This document shows, one piece after another, positions 44,415 to 54,124 of a stretch of DNA of 64,000 nt. The notes under the pieces are model-generated. The model saw nothing but the letters and a program-made list of their open reading frames with translations, was not told the origin of the DNA and did no database searches. The first letter of the stretch is position 1; every line of letters begins with the position of its first letter. The translations under genes and the position numbers were made by a program. The DNA is taken from the NCBI GenBank assembly GCA_977020255.1, contig CDROCS010001674.1:248001-312000 (forward strand), given 5' to 3'. The DNA comes from Obrimoposthia wandeli (taxonomy: Eukaryota).

Positions 44415-44693
44415 ATGAAATCACCTGTCGATAAATTATTAGGCAAGCATCAAGATTTGATTCATACCGATGGAATGAAAGTAACATCTCATACTCATCG
44501 AGAAGACAACGACAATTGGTTTTTGCATACGTTGATGATTGAAGGGTGCGATGCACCGTTCAAATTTAAGCGAAAAAAGAGATACAAAAACCTGAAAGGG
44601 AAGCTTGTTAATATGACCTATTACGTTGATTTCGATATCGTTGCAGGTTTCGAGATTGAAACCATGCGAGTAATTAGAATCAAATTGCACTAG
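44415..44693 (+). CDS. Conserved hypothetical protein (92 aa)
   Basis: Protein-like composition, converges on the downstream gene; no family recognised. Confidence 0.7.
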   Translation: MKSPVDKLLGKHQDLIHTDGMKVTSHTHREDNDNWFLHTLMIEGCDAPFKFKRKKRYKNLKGKLVNMTYYVDFDIVAGFEIETMRVIRIKLH

Positions 44694-44767
44694 GTAAGCG
44701 ACGTACTGCACCAACGCATGTTAATGCAGTAGTTTTATTGGTTTTCGATTACGTACCGATTAGATGT

Positions 44768-45763
44768 TTATTGTGTCTTGGTTGCGTTTTCCCAATCGGT
44801 AAGCAGTTTCATTATCTGGCGTGAATCTTTCGGCGTTGCCGCAGGGCGTTGAAGCGATAATTGTCCATTTTCTAGGGCTTCACGAATTAGCCTTACTTGA
44901 TACAAGAATCCGTTACCTTGTGCAGGCACGGTAATTGTTTCGCCTGGTTGCTCGTAAGTGGTGATCACCATTTGATTACCCTCAGCTTCTGGCAACCAAG
45001 GGTTAGAGACTAGCTGTAAGCTGCCTTTACTTCCCAGTACTGTAAATTCAGCATGCAAGCCATAATCTTCAGCGGTATGAAGCTGACATATTGTGTTGTT
45101 TGAAAATTGAATGGTGGCAGCCGATTCACAAATGTTGCCGTCTTCCCCTCGTCGTCCTGATGCCGTAACCGTATAGTTATCGAAAATAGTATCGCCAAAC
45201 GCTTGCTGCATAATCAAGTGTGCAAGCGATGCAGGGTAACAGCCTAAATTGTACAGCGCACCTTTGCTTTCAGGGTTAACAAATTGGGCGATAGAGGCAC
45301 AATATTGACCGTTGATTGAGCGAATGTCGCCAATAACATCACTATTAATCACGTCACTGATTCTTTTTGCAAGTGGGTGCGTGAGGTACATTAAACCTTC
45401 AGTAAAGAAAACATTATTTTTAGCGACTGCTGCTAATGCTTCGTCGGTTTTAGCCATATCAACAGAAAGTGATTTCTCACAAAGAATCGCTTTACCCGCA
45501 TTGGCCGCTTTAATAATAAAGTCATGATGCAGGTGGTTGGGCAGGGCGATATAAATAATATCAACATTATCGTCGTTAATTAGAGCATCGTAATCATTAT
45601 GTACATGAGCAATGCCGTACTTCTTAGCAAAGGCAGCTAAAGGTGCTTGCGACCGTCCAGCGACGGAATACAGCGTTGTATTGCCTTCTTCTACAATGGC
45701 ATCTGCCATTACACCAGAAATAAAACTGGTACCTAGAATGCCCCAATTAAGTGTCTTTTCCAT
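44768..45763 (-). CDS. Gfo/Idh/MocA-family oxidoreductase
   Basis: 'WGILGTSFIS', 'YIALPNHLH', 'LCEKS', 'GALYNLGCY'; TAATG-coupled to the upstream ABM gene. Confidence 0.9.
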   Translation of the reverse strand: MEKTLNWGILGTSFISGVMADAIVEEGNTTLYSVAGRSQAPLAAFAKKYGIAHVHNDYDALINDDNVDIIYIALPNHLHHDFIIKAANAGKAILCEKSLSVDMAKTDEALAAVAKNNVFFTEGLMYLTHPLAKRISDVINSDVIGDIRSINGQYCASIAQFVNPESKGALYNLGCYPASLAHLIMQQAFGDTIFDNYTVTASGRRGEDGNICESAATIQFSNNTICQLHTAEDYGLHAEFTVLGSKGSLQLVSNPWLPEAEGNQMVITTYEQPGETITVPAQGNGFLYQVRLIREALENGQLSLQRPAATPKDSRQIMKLLTDWENATKTQ

Positions 45764-46068
45764 TATTTGATGTCCGTGGTGAGTAGTTGGGTTTCAAATG
45801 CTTGGACGAGATCGGTTAGCCCTGCCTGAATAAAACGTTGGGTGTGCTCTGCATGAAAGTGTGTTTCAAATGCTTCTTGGTTGTCATAACGCTCCCAGAA
45901 GATAAATCGACGGGGATCTTTCTTATCTTGAAGAGGGATTGCCATTGAGCATCCCTTTTCGCTGTTCATACCGTCACAAAAATCTTGAATAGCCGTGATA
46001 GCAATATTGAGGTCGCTCTCGGGTTTAATGCGTAGTTCTGCAGTAATGAACAAGCCTTGCTTAAACAT
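45763..46068 (-). CDS. Antibiotic-biosynthesis-monooxygenase (putative quinol monooxygenase) family protein
   Basis: 'SEKGC', 'FIFWERY...AFETHFHAEHT'; start chosen at MFKQGLF (ORF track gives 46149). Confidence 0.8.
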   Translation of the reverse strand: MFKQGLFITAELRIKPESDLNIAITAIQDFCDGMNSEKGCSMAIPLQDKKDPRRFIFWERYDNQEAFETHFHAEHTQRFIQAGLTDLVQAFETQLLTTDIK

Positions 46069-46251
46069 AACGTTTTCCATATCCATCAAAAGTAACAGTG
46101 TGCAAAAAGTATCACTGTGAAAAATGTAGCAGTGCGAAAAACACTGCAAAAAAAAAGAGTGATATACAAAGTGAGAGGGTTAATTTAATTGACTAGCCAC
46201 AGTTGATAAACGATCATTTAGTTTGTTGTTTATAAACTATAGGTTGTTAAT

Positions 46252-47142
46252 GTGGATAGATTGAAAAGTATGCAAGCATTTGTTTCTGTTGTTCAACACG
46301 GCAGTTTTTCAGGGGCTGCTGCTGATTGTTCTGTTACCCCAACCATGATAGGTAAACACATCAAGTTTCTGGAAGTACACCTTGGTACTAAGCTATTAAA
46401 TCGAACGACTCGCAAGCAATCTTTAACGGAAGCAGGGCAGATTTACTACTTGGAATGTAAGCGAATATTAGATGATATCGCAGAGGCCGAAAACAGTTTG
46501 CAAACGTTAGAGAATAAACCGAAAGGTACGGTACGTATTAATTCGCCTGTTACGTTTGGTAATATTGTTCTGGCACCAATCGTTGCTGATTTTCTACAAG
46601 ACTATCCTGAAATTAATATCGATTTTACCTTAGATAATAGTTTGATTGACCCATTACATGATCCTTTTGATGTTGTGATTCGCATTGGTGTACTGGCGAG
46701 CTCATCATTAATTGCCCGTGAAATAGCACGGTATGAAATGGTGTTTTGCGCATCAGAAAATTATTTACTGGAACATGGTACCCCAGCGTCACTCGATGAG
46801 TTGTTAAGGCACCAGTGTTTAGGGTTTAGCTATGGGGACGTTCACGCCAACCTTGCCTTGCGACTAGACACGTTAGCATTTGATAAGCAACATACAAGGC
46901 TTACATCAAACAGTGGGCAAGCATTGAAAGTGGCAGCTTTAAAAGGTGCGGGAATCTTACTCCAACCTCGTTTACTGCTAAATGATGAGCTGAAAAGTGG
47001 GCAATTAGTAGAGATTCTAAGCAGTGATACACCCAAGCCAATGCCTGTACATCTCTTATATAGACACAAAGCATTGCCGTTAAAAACACGTGCTTTTGTT
47101 GAGTTTTTATTAACGGCAATGCATCGAACGGATAAAGCTTAG
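46252..47142 (+). CDS. LysR-family regulator, divergent from ABM and Gfo genes
   Basis: 'MDRLKSMQAF', 'GSFSGAA', 'LLNRTTRKQSLTEAG'. Confidence 0.92.
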   Translation: MDRLKSMQAFVSVVQHGSFSGAAADCSVTPTMIGKHIKFLEVHLGTKLLNRTTRKQSLTEAGQIYYLECKRILDDIAEAENSLQTLENKPKGTVRINSPVTFGNIVLAPIVADFLQDYPEINIDFTLDNSLIDPLHDPFDVVIRIGVLASSSLIAREIARYEMVFCASENYLLEHGTPASLDELLRHQCLGFSYGDVHANLALRLDTLAFDKQHTRLTSNSGQALKVAALKGAGILLQPRLLLNDELKSGQLVEILSSDTPKPMPVHLLYRHKALPLKTRAFVEFLLTAMHRTDKA

Positions 47143-47183
47143 CTAATGGCTATGAATCGTTGCAGCTAACAACGGTTATTGGA

Positions 47184-47981
47184 TCAATTTTTAAGGCTAC
47201 ATCTGCCGCCTTTTATGTAGCGAATATTGCGATATTCAGCGGTGATAGGCACACTGTTTTGATCAAACTCGCCAGCCCATCCCGATATTTCACTGTCTGT
47301 TGCCCATATATTCGCCATTATTCGTAATGGGCTATCTGTACTTGTTGGCGTAGGATCTGATGATGTATTCTTAACTTTGAATACAAGTTTTCCATCAATA
47401 AACCATTGAATCGCACGTTTAGTCCATTTAATACCATAACGGTGGAATTCTTCAGAGGCATCAAAATCTAAGAAAATGAGCCTTGCATGGTCATTGCTGT
47501 AATTATCATCGTTTGTCCAATAGTTAATTTGTAGCAGGTTGGTATTGTCACCTAAAAATTCGATATCGATTTCATTATGTTTACCATTACTTGCCTCCGT
47601 TTTATCGTACGGACCTGCAAATAAGAAAAAGGAGGTAATCACACCATCTGCCGCGGCGGGCTTTATTTCGGCTTCAAAGCATCCGTAGTTATAAAAATCA
47701 TGGCTACGTAATTCCCCTGATTGAAAAGTAAGATTTTGCGGATCTGTTGAATCTGGCGTATTAGAAAGTGTAATTGCCATTCCGTTTGTTGAAAAAGAAA
47801 CAGCTTCAGATTCCCAGCGATTAATAAAAGGAAAACCATTACTCCAGCCATCAGCTAGCCACCATAACTGCTCATTCATATTCGTTAGCGGATCATCAAA
47901 GCTAGTTGCTGAAAATGACGGTGTAGCCACTAAAAGAGCGATAAATAAAGGCATTGTGCGAAATGAAGAAGAGGTGGTCAT
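47184..47981 (-). CDS. Secreted GH16 beta-glucanase (licheninase/ExoK-like)
   Basis: Signal peptide ending SFS-A, intact EIDIEF catalytic motif, 'GVITSFF', 'FHRYGIKW', 'IMANIW'; start chosen at MTTSSS (ORF track gives 48062). Confidence 0.9.
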   Translation of the reverse strand: MTTSSSFRTMPLFIALLVATPSFSATSFDDPLTNMNEQLWWLADGWSNGFPFINRWESEAVSFSTNGMAITLSNTPDSTDPQNLTFQSGELRSHDFYNYGCFEAEIKPAAADGVITSFFLFAGPYDKTEASNGKHNEIDIEFLGDNTNLLQINYWTNDDNYSNDHARLIFLDFDASEEFHRYGIKWTKRAIQWFIDGKLVFKVKNTSSDPTPTSTDSPLRIMANIWATDSEISGWAGEFDQNSVPITAEYRNIRYIKGGRCSLKN

Positions 47982-48104
47982 AGAGTCATACTTTTTAATG
48001 AGTGAAGTACAAAAGTGTAGCAGTGAGATTAAACGATGAAGGTTGAACTGTGTGCCAAACATAAGACAAAAATGTATTAAATGGTATTTATCTGAGAATG
48101 AAGA

Positions 48105-49550
48105 CTAGTTAGTTGTCGTGGGGGTTAAAATAGCCTTATTTCCCCGGGCTTTGTACCAAAGTGACACTAAAATCAAAGAATTTGTATTGATGTTGTACGA
48201 TGCATTCGGTGCGTTATTTTTATAAACACCAGCAGGAATAACACGAGAACTTCGACTGTTCTCAATAACCGCTTGCCTTAAAATATCACTAAACGCATCG
48301 TCAAAAATAACGCTCAGACCAAATGCAATTTTATTGCTAAATACTTGTGGGTTTTCGATGGGTTTACCACCAGCAGAGGTGCTTAGCCAGCTTTTGCCAT
48401 AGAAATAGATATTGTTATAAGCAAACCATGGGCTTTTACTTATCGCATCTTCAGCGAAGATCCATAATTTTCCTGATTGACTATATTGTTGTATATGCAA
48501 TTGATAAATAACGTTTAGTTGATTCCACCATGCTGTACTTTCACCGAGTTCAATTGCTTGCAATACATAGGGGTCTGTGGTGAAAAAAGGGACATTACGG
48601 GTGTCGATATATAATGGGATATTATCGACATTGACGATATCGATGTGATCGCGAGCAAAGCTGTTCGTTACATCTAACCCCGCTAACTGATATCCCTGCG
48701 CTGCGTATTGTAAATAGCCTAATCGCCCTTCCTGACGGTAAAACTCATCATTCTTTTGATACCGCGTACCATAAAGCGTTTTTTCGTGCACAGCGCGAGA
48801 CAGTAACCAACGTTTGGTTATTATATTCACCTGTTTTTGAAAGTGTGGTTTTTGTTGTGTTGTTATTTCAAGCCAGATGAGCAGCCGACCAATATCAAGT
48901 GCCGACCATCCGTTGCCATTTCTATTATTTTTTTTACCCGAAGGTAGCCCCGTTTCTGTGTTGTATTCACGGTTAGGTAGCTGGTCATTATAAAGTGGCA
49001 TTGTTGTTAGGGTGGTTAAAATACGGTTTAGTTTAGCATCTGCCTGTACGGTGGTGATCAGTTCGAGTGCTTCTAGTGCAAGGGTAGCACCGATGTCGCT
49101 GCCAATATCCCACATGGTGGTATGATGATAGCCTTGGACTGAATCAGTTAACCCCGTTTGTTTATTTTCATTTCGTTTAAAATAATAACTCGCCTTTTTA
49201 GCAAGTAGCCATTCTTGCCGTGATATTTTGTCGAGAGACAATACTATCTCAGTGCTTACTTTTGATGAGTCCAATGTACGAAAAAGAGAATTCTCACTCA
49301 TATCTAGTCGATTGTTTTTCGATTGGACGTCGTTTTCAATGAGAATAGCAGGAGCAATAGCGCGTCTTTGGAACGTAATTTTTTCTGGTGGTTGTTGGTT
49401 ATTTTGTTGAGATACACTTCGTCCGCCATAGAAACTGGGTTGTTCAGGTTCTTTGCTCTCTTCATTGCTATAGGCGAAAAAACTCATAACAAACAATAAG
49501 CTTGTAACATAAGTACGGCATATTGTTCGTTGTGTTTTATGGCATAGCAT
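48105..49550 (-). CDS. DUF3131-domain secreted protein (putative beta-glucan-active (alpha/alpha)6 enzyme)
   Basis: Signal peptide ending AYS-N; 'YF..N....TGL..SV.GY...TMWDIGS', 'LPNREY', 'GWSALDIGRLL', 'EGRLGY'. Confidence 0.8.
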   Translation of the reverse strand: MLCHKTQRTICRTYVTSLLFVMSFFAYSNEESKEPEQPSFYGGRSVSQQNNQQPPEKITFQRRAIAPAILIENDVQSKNNRLDMSENSLFRTLDSSKVSTEIVLSLDKISRQEWLLAKKASYYFKRNENKQTGLTDSVQGYHHTTMWDIGSDIGATLALEALELITTVQADAKLNRILTTLTTMPLYNDQLPNREYNTETGLPSGKKNNRNGNGWSALDIGRLLIWLEITTQQKPHFQKQVNIITKRWLLSRAVHEKTLYGTRYQKNDEFYRQEGRLGYLQYAAQGYQLAGLDVTNSFARDHIDIVNVDNIPLYIDTRNVPFFTTDPYVLQAIELGESTAWWNQLNVIYQLHIQQYSQSGKLWIFAEDAISKSPWFAYNNIYFYGKSWLSTSAGGKPIENPQVFSNKIAFGLSVIFDDAFSDILRQAVIENSRSSRVIPAGVYKNNAPNASYNINTNSLILVSLWYKARGNKAILTPTTTN

Positions 49551-49856
49551 AATGAAGTCTCAATCCTTTGATACAATCAATATATGGTAAATATCTGATT
49601 ATTCAAGATTAATAGCGTGATGTTAGTAAGGTTATGAGTAAATATGTGAATTTGTATTCTTCGTACGTTCGTTATTATCATAAAAATGTATCGTAATTGA
49701 GATTGCATAAAGAAAGTGTTGGAATGTTGCTTTTGGGATTGTTTGAACTGAGTTTGGCTCGTTATTATTAACATATACCCAGTTACCTCAAGGTGTAGGG
49801 TTCAGAGTTTTATTGTGCTAGGGATGGTTCGATTAACGATTGGTAATGAGTGAGAT

Positions 49857-50528
49857 TTGTTGAAAGTGACCAGACAAAATAAGATTATTTTTACCCAATC
49901 GCATCCACTAAAATTACAGATAGGTGCAGATTCTTTACGCTTTAAACGTGCTGACTTACCTCATTTTAATCAAGTATTCACTTCTCGTTCTTATTTACTG
50001 CCTCGCTCATCGGCATTACGGTTAAAAGCATATCTAAATGAAAAAACATTGTTTCTACAGCCTTTTGGGCATTTAGATGAAGCAGAAGTGTTGCTTGCTT
50101 TCTCGTTTGGCGATGCGCCACCAGTAAACCAACATCTACAACAAATTGCATTAAGCTGCCGAAAGTATAAGCCGTCATTACCCTTGTTATTGCAGCAAGA
50201 AATCGCCGACGGTATGTTATTTAACAATCGCGACATATACAGTATCAAGGCTGCGGAATATCAGACAACCACAGATGTTGCAGCAGCAGCTTTATCCCTT
50301 ACATCGAAACGAAAAGTGATGATTGTTGCACAGGCGTGGCATGCTCAGCGCTGTATCGACACGTGTAAGATGTTGGGTTGGGATGTTATAGGGTTACGAT
50401 GTTCTAATCTATTTCCCAAAGATGACCCTCAACCATGGGTACGTCACCCTTTAAATTGGGTGATAAAAGAGAGCCACAGAGAACAAGCCGCTGGGTATGA
50501 AATTAGTGAGCAATTTCAGCTGATTTAG
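49857..50528 (+). CDS. Hypothetical protein with a DUF218/YdcF-like core
   Basis: TTG start; 'LLAFSFG', 'LLLQQEIA', 'QTTTDVA', 'MIVAQAWHAQRC'; lies 61 bp upstream of the T1SS ABC gene. Confidence 0.6.
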   Translation: MLKVTRQNKIIFTQSHPLKLQIGADSLRFKRADLPHFNQVFTSRSYLLPRSSALRLKAYLNEKTLFLQPFGHLDEAEVLLAFSFGDAPPVNQHLQQIALSCRKYKPSLPLLLQQEIADGMLFNNRDIYSIKAAEYQTTTDVAAAALSLTSKRKVMIVAQAWHAQRCIDTCKMLGWDVIGLRCSNLFPKDDPQPWVRHPLNWVIKESHREQAAGYEISEQFQLI

Positions 50529-50589
50529 CCTACTTTTGTGTCTCAAATTTCGGTACTTGTGCCTATACTTCATATTCCACTGATGGAGT

Positions 50590-52413
50590 ATGGAGCAAGG
50601 GATTTTGCTAGTTGATAAATTGAAGCAGGCGTTTACCGCGAGTAAGAAAGATATCGCTTTTGTCGGGCTATTTAGCTTGGCCATTAACTTTCTTGTTTTA
50701 ACACTACCACTTTACAGCCTGCAATTATTTGATCGTGTGTTAAGCAGTTCAAGTTTAGATACATTGTTTGCTTTACTCACCATTGCTGTTGTATTGCTAA
50801 CAGCACAAGCCATTATTGAGCATCTTCGTACACAGTTACTTCAAAAATCGGGTTTAAAGCTCGATGTATCACTCAGCCCTTCTTTATTAGCAGATAGTAT
50901 TCGTCAATCATCTAAGCAAAATCGTATAAGTAAGCAAGGTTTACAAGATCTTGCTGAGTTACGTAACTTTTTAGTCTCACCTTCAACCTCTGCCATTTTT
51001 GATATCCCATGGATTCCGATTTTTTTAATCATCCTATTTATGCTTCATCCTTATATTGGTGCAATAGCATTAGTTGGCAGTATTATATTTTCTGTTCTCG
51101 CTATTCTAATGATGTATGCGGCAAGAAAGCCGAGTGAGTATTCTAAAAGTTTAGGTATGAAAACTAATATGGAGTTGAATGATTACCTACGAAATGCCCC
51201 TACATTAAGGGCGATGGGTATGGCTGATAGCATTGGTTTGATTTGGAATAAGCGCAACAGAGAGCTGTTAAAACTGCAGTGGTTAGTCAATTCAAGAACA
51301 GGGCAATTGCTCGCCATTAGTCGTTATTTTAGAACGCTACTGCAAGTGGTTATTCTAACTGTGGGGGTAATGTTAGCGTTAGAACAGCAGCTTGGTACGG
51401 GCGCTATCATTGCGAGTTCCATTATTATGGCAAGAGTATTATCACCCTTTGAGCAAGCTGTTGCGGGTTGGAAATCATGGTATAGCGCGTATTTAGCTTA
51501 TAAACGCTTAAGTCATTATGAAGGCGAAGTGTCGAGTGAAATGAAAACAGCATTACCAGAGCCCAAAGGTGAGTTGCTGCTAAAGAATGTTGGTCTGCGG
51601 TTTGATAGCCAAAAAGAACCAGTACTACAAAATATTAGCTTCAAATTGGGTGCGGGTAATGCGTTGGCTATTATGGGTAACAGTGGCTCGGGTAAATCAA
51701 CATTAGCATCGATGATTATGGGGATTCATCGACCGTCGATGGGATCAATCAAGATCGATGGCGCGGCAATTGAGCTATGGCCTGAAGAACAGTTTGGTCG
51801 CCATATCGGTTTTTTACCGCAAGAGGTGGGGTTACTAACGGGTACGGTAGCTGAGAATATTTGTCGATTTAGTCAGGCTCCAGCAGAGAAAATCATTCAC
51901 GCTGCTCGCCTAGCTTGTATTCACGAACTGATCATATCTTTACCTAATGGGTATGACACTTATTTAGGCGAAGGTGGATTACAGCTATCGGGTGGTCAGA
52001 AGCAACGCATCGGTTTAGCGCGGGCTATTTTCTCAAACCCAAGCTTACTTATTTTAGATGAACCGAATTCTAATTTGGATCCTGAAGGGGAAGTCGCATT
52101 AGCGATTGTTCTTCAATACTGCAAAGAGAATGCAATTACAGTGGTGATGATTAGCCATCGCCCTGGTTTTTTACGTCAAATGGATTGGGTTATTGTATTA
52201 AAAGACGGCAAAATTGAAAAAGCGGGCACATGCGATAAGTTCTTAGGCGCAATGTCTGAAGTAGAAAAAGAGCCGTTACAAACCGTCGCTAATAATAACC
52301 CTAAAACCACTAATTCAAATTGTTCTACTCCTAGAGCATCAAGCTCTGAGCAATCATCATTAAAAAAGACAGTAGCCAAACAAGCAGAAGCAATGGGAGA
52401 TAACCGTGGATGA
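50590..52413 (+). CDS. Type I secretion ABC transporter, PrtD/AprD type (no C39 domain)
   Basis: 'LYSLQLFDRVLSS.S..TL', Walker A GNSGSGKST, 'LSGGQKQRIGLARA', 'LDEPNSNLD'. Confidence 0.93.
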   Translation: MEQGILLVDKLKQAFTASKKDIAFVGLFSLAINFLVLTLPLYSLQLFDRVLSSSSLDTLFALLTIAVVLLTAQAIIEHLRTQLLQKSGLKLDVSLSPSLLADSIRQSSKQNRISKQGLQDLAELRNFLVSPSTSAIFDIPWIPIFLIILFMLHPYIGAIALVGSIIFSVLAILMMYAARKPSEYSKSLGMKTNMELNDYLRNAPTLRAMGMADSIGLIWNKRNRELLKLQWLVNSRTGQLLAISRYFRTLLQVVILTVGVMLALEQQLGTGAIIASSIIMARVLSPFEQAVAGWKSWYSAYLAYKRLSHYEGEVSSEMKTALPEPKGELLLKNVGLRFDSQKEPVLQNISFKLGAGNALAIMGNSGSGKSTLASMIMGIHRPSMGSIKIDGAAIELWPEEQFGRHIGFLPQEVGLLTGTVAENICRFSQAPAEKIIHAARLACIHELIISLPNGYDTYLGEGGLQLSGGQKQRIGLARAIFSNPSLLILDEPNSNLDPEGEVALAIVLQYCKENAITVVMISHRPGFLRQMDWVIVLKDGKIEKAGTCDKFLGAMSEVEKEPLQTVANNNPKTTNSNCSTPRASSSEQSSLKKTVAKQAEAMGDNRG

Positions 52414-53704
52414 ATCAGAATTTGATACGAATCGATTAATCTGGGTTGGGTGTATTTTCATTCTTCTCACTGTGGGTGGCTTTATTTTATGGGCAACAAC
52501 CGCAAAGCTTAGTTCTGCGTCGGTTGCTTCTGGTACGTTAGTCGTGGAGTCACAGCGTAAGAAGGTACAACACCTTGAAGGTGGTTGGGTAAAAGCGATT
52601 TATGTGTCGGAAGGTCAAAAAGTGGAAGTGGGCGATGTATTAGTCGAACTTGCAAACAGTCGAGCTGAATCCGATTTTCGGCGCTTAATATTACGTGCTG
52701 TTTCTCTGCAAGCACAACACGACCGATTATCGACTGAATTGAGTAACCGAAAAGATCTTGTATGGAGTAATCTTTTTTTTGATGAAATTGAAGAAGGGCA
52801 GTTGGCCAATATTATTAATAGCCAACAGCTACAATATCAACAGTCTGTGCTTCATGAAGAGCTTCGAGAAGGCCAATATCAACAACGAAAAGTGCTATTA
52901 CAAGAACAAATCAGAGGGACGGGTTTTCAGCTTAGTGCGATTCAACGTCAGTTAGATTTGGCTAACGAAGAAATACAGATGACGACAAGTTTACTTAAAA
53001 AAGGCTTTGTTTCAAAAACACGGGTACTTCAAATTAAACGCTATCATGCGGGTATTGATGCTCAAAAAGCAGAACTAAAAGGCGAAAGTGAAGTATTAGC
53101 TCAACAGCTATTGTCTTTAGAACAAGATTACAAGTCTGAGAGTATTGAATTTAAACAGGGTCTTACCGCTCAAATTGAACAATCAGAAAAAGAGCTGCGT
53201 GATGTTAAGCAAGCGCTTAAATCGGCAAGAGATGTGCGTGAAAGAGTCAAAATTCGCAGTGAACATACTGGAACTGTGGTTGGATTAAACATTCATAGTA
53301 TCGGGGGTGTGGTTAATGCGGGTGATGTCATTATGGAAATAGTACCAGATAGCGATGCATTGATCGTTGAAGCTGTGGTTAAACCAGAAGACATTGATGT
53401 GGTCCGCCAAGGCTTGGCAGCAAAAGTACGATTGAGTGCTTACAATATCCGCCGTACGCCACCCGTTCAAGGTGAAGTCATTTATGTTGCAGCAGACAGA
53501 CTTCAACCTCGAACAGATAATAGCCCTACAGGTTATGTAGTCAAAATTAAGCTAGATCCAAATGAAATTAAGATGTTAGATAATATCGAACTGTACCCAG
53601 GCATGCCTACTGAAGTGTTTATTTTATTAGAAGATAAAACACTATGGGATTATTTAACGGCACCATTATTTAGTTCTTATTATCGAGCATTTAGAGAGTC
53701 ATGA
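52406..53704 (+). CDS. Type I secretion membrane-fusion protein (HlyD/PrtE family)
   Basis: 'VQHLEGGWV', long coiled coil, 'LYPGMPTEV'; 8-bp overlap with the ABC gene. Confidence 0.93.
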   Translation: MDESEFDTNRLIWVGCIFILLTVGGFILWATTAKLSSASVASGTLVVESQRKKVQHLEGGWVKAIYVSEGQKVEVGDVLVELANSRAESDFRRLILRAVSLQAQHDRLSTELSNRKDLVWSNLFFDEIEEGQLANIINSQQLQYQQSVLHEELREGQYQQRKVLLQEQIRGTGFQLSAIQRQLDLANEEIQMTTSLLKKGFVSKTRVLQIKRYHAGIDAQKAELKGESEVLAQQLLSLEQDYKSESIEFKQGLTAQIEQSEKELRDVKQALKSARDVRERVKIRSEHTGTVVGLNIHSIGGVVNAGDVIMEIVPDSDALIVEAVVKPEDIDVVRQGLAAKVRLSAYNIRRTPPVQGEVIYVAADRLQPRTDNSPTGYVVKIKLDPNEIKMLDNIELYPGMPTEVFILLEDKTLWDYLTAPLFSSYYRAFRES

Positions 53705-53777
53705 TGAATATTGGTTATTAAGGTTGGGTATAGGGGTTTAGCTTGGATAACTCAGGTTAGTTCATAAAGGGATAGGA

Positions 53778-54029
53778 GTGCCTCTCATGGTGTTTTGGTT
53801 AAGTTTTTATGCGTTCTTCTTTATTGTTTCTGTGTGTATTGGTTACCATAAAGGCAATTTAATCGCAGGTGTGTTATTGGGTTATGTTCTTGGTCCTATT
53901 GGGGCTGTTTTGATGTATATGAGTAAAGACCGTAAGCATATCGAATGCCCTTCATGCCATGCTAATATTCATAAAAACTCTTATTTTTGCCCTGAATGTC
54001 GATGTAAGGTGATGAATGCTGTGGCTTAA
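53778..54029 (+). CDS. Small membrane protein with a C-terminal zinc ribbon
   Basis: Two hydrophobic segments with 'LGPIG', then CPSC-x10-CPEC. Confidence 0.7.
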   Translation: MPLMVFWLSFYAFFFIVSVCIGYHKGNLIAGVLLGYVLGPIGAVLMYMSKDRKHIECPSCHANIHKNSYFCPECRCKVMNAVA

Positions 54030-54060
54030 AAATCCGCCTTAACGAGTATTTTGATACAAC

Positions 54061-54088
54061 AAAAAAGCCACTCGAACGAGTGGCTTTT
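54061..54088. terminator. Bidirectional terminator between the T1SS operon and the RTX gene
   Basis: aaaagccactcg-aa-cgagtggctttt. Confidence 0.85.
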
Positions 54089-54124
54089 GTTTATTAGGCG
54101 GTGTTTTGTATTAGAAAGGAATGG

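Noticed and set aside
49567-49580. FNR site (TTGAT...ATCAA) between the DUF3131 and DUF218-like genes
   Set aside because: The spacer is 3 nt rather than the required 4.
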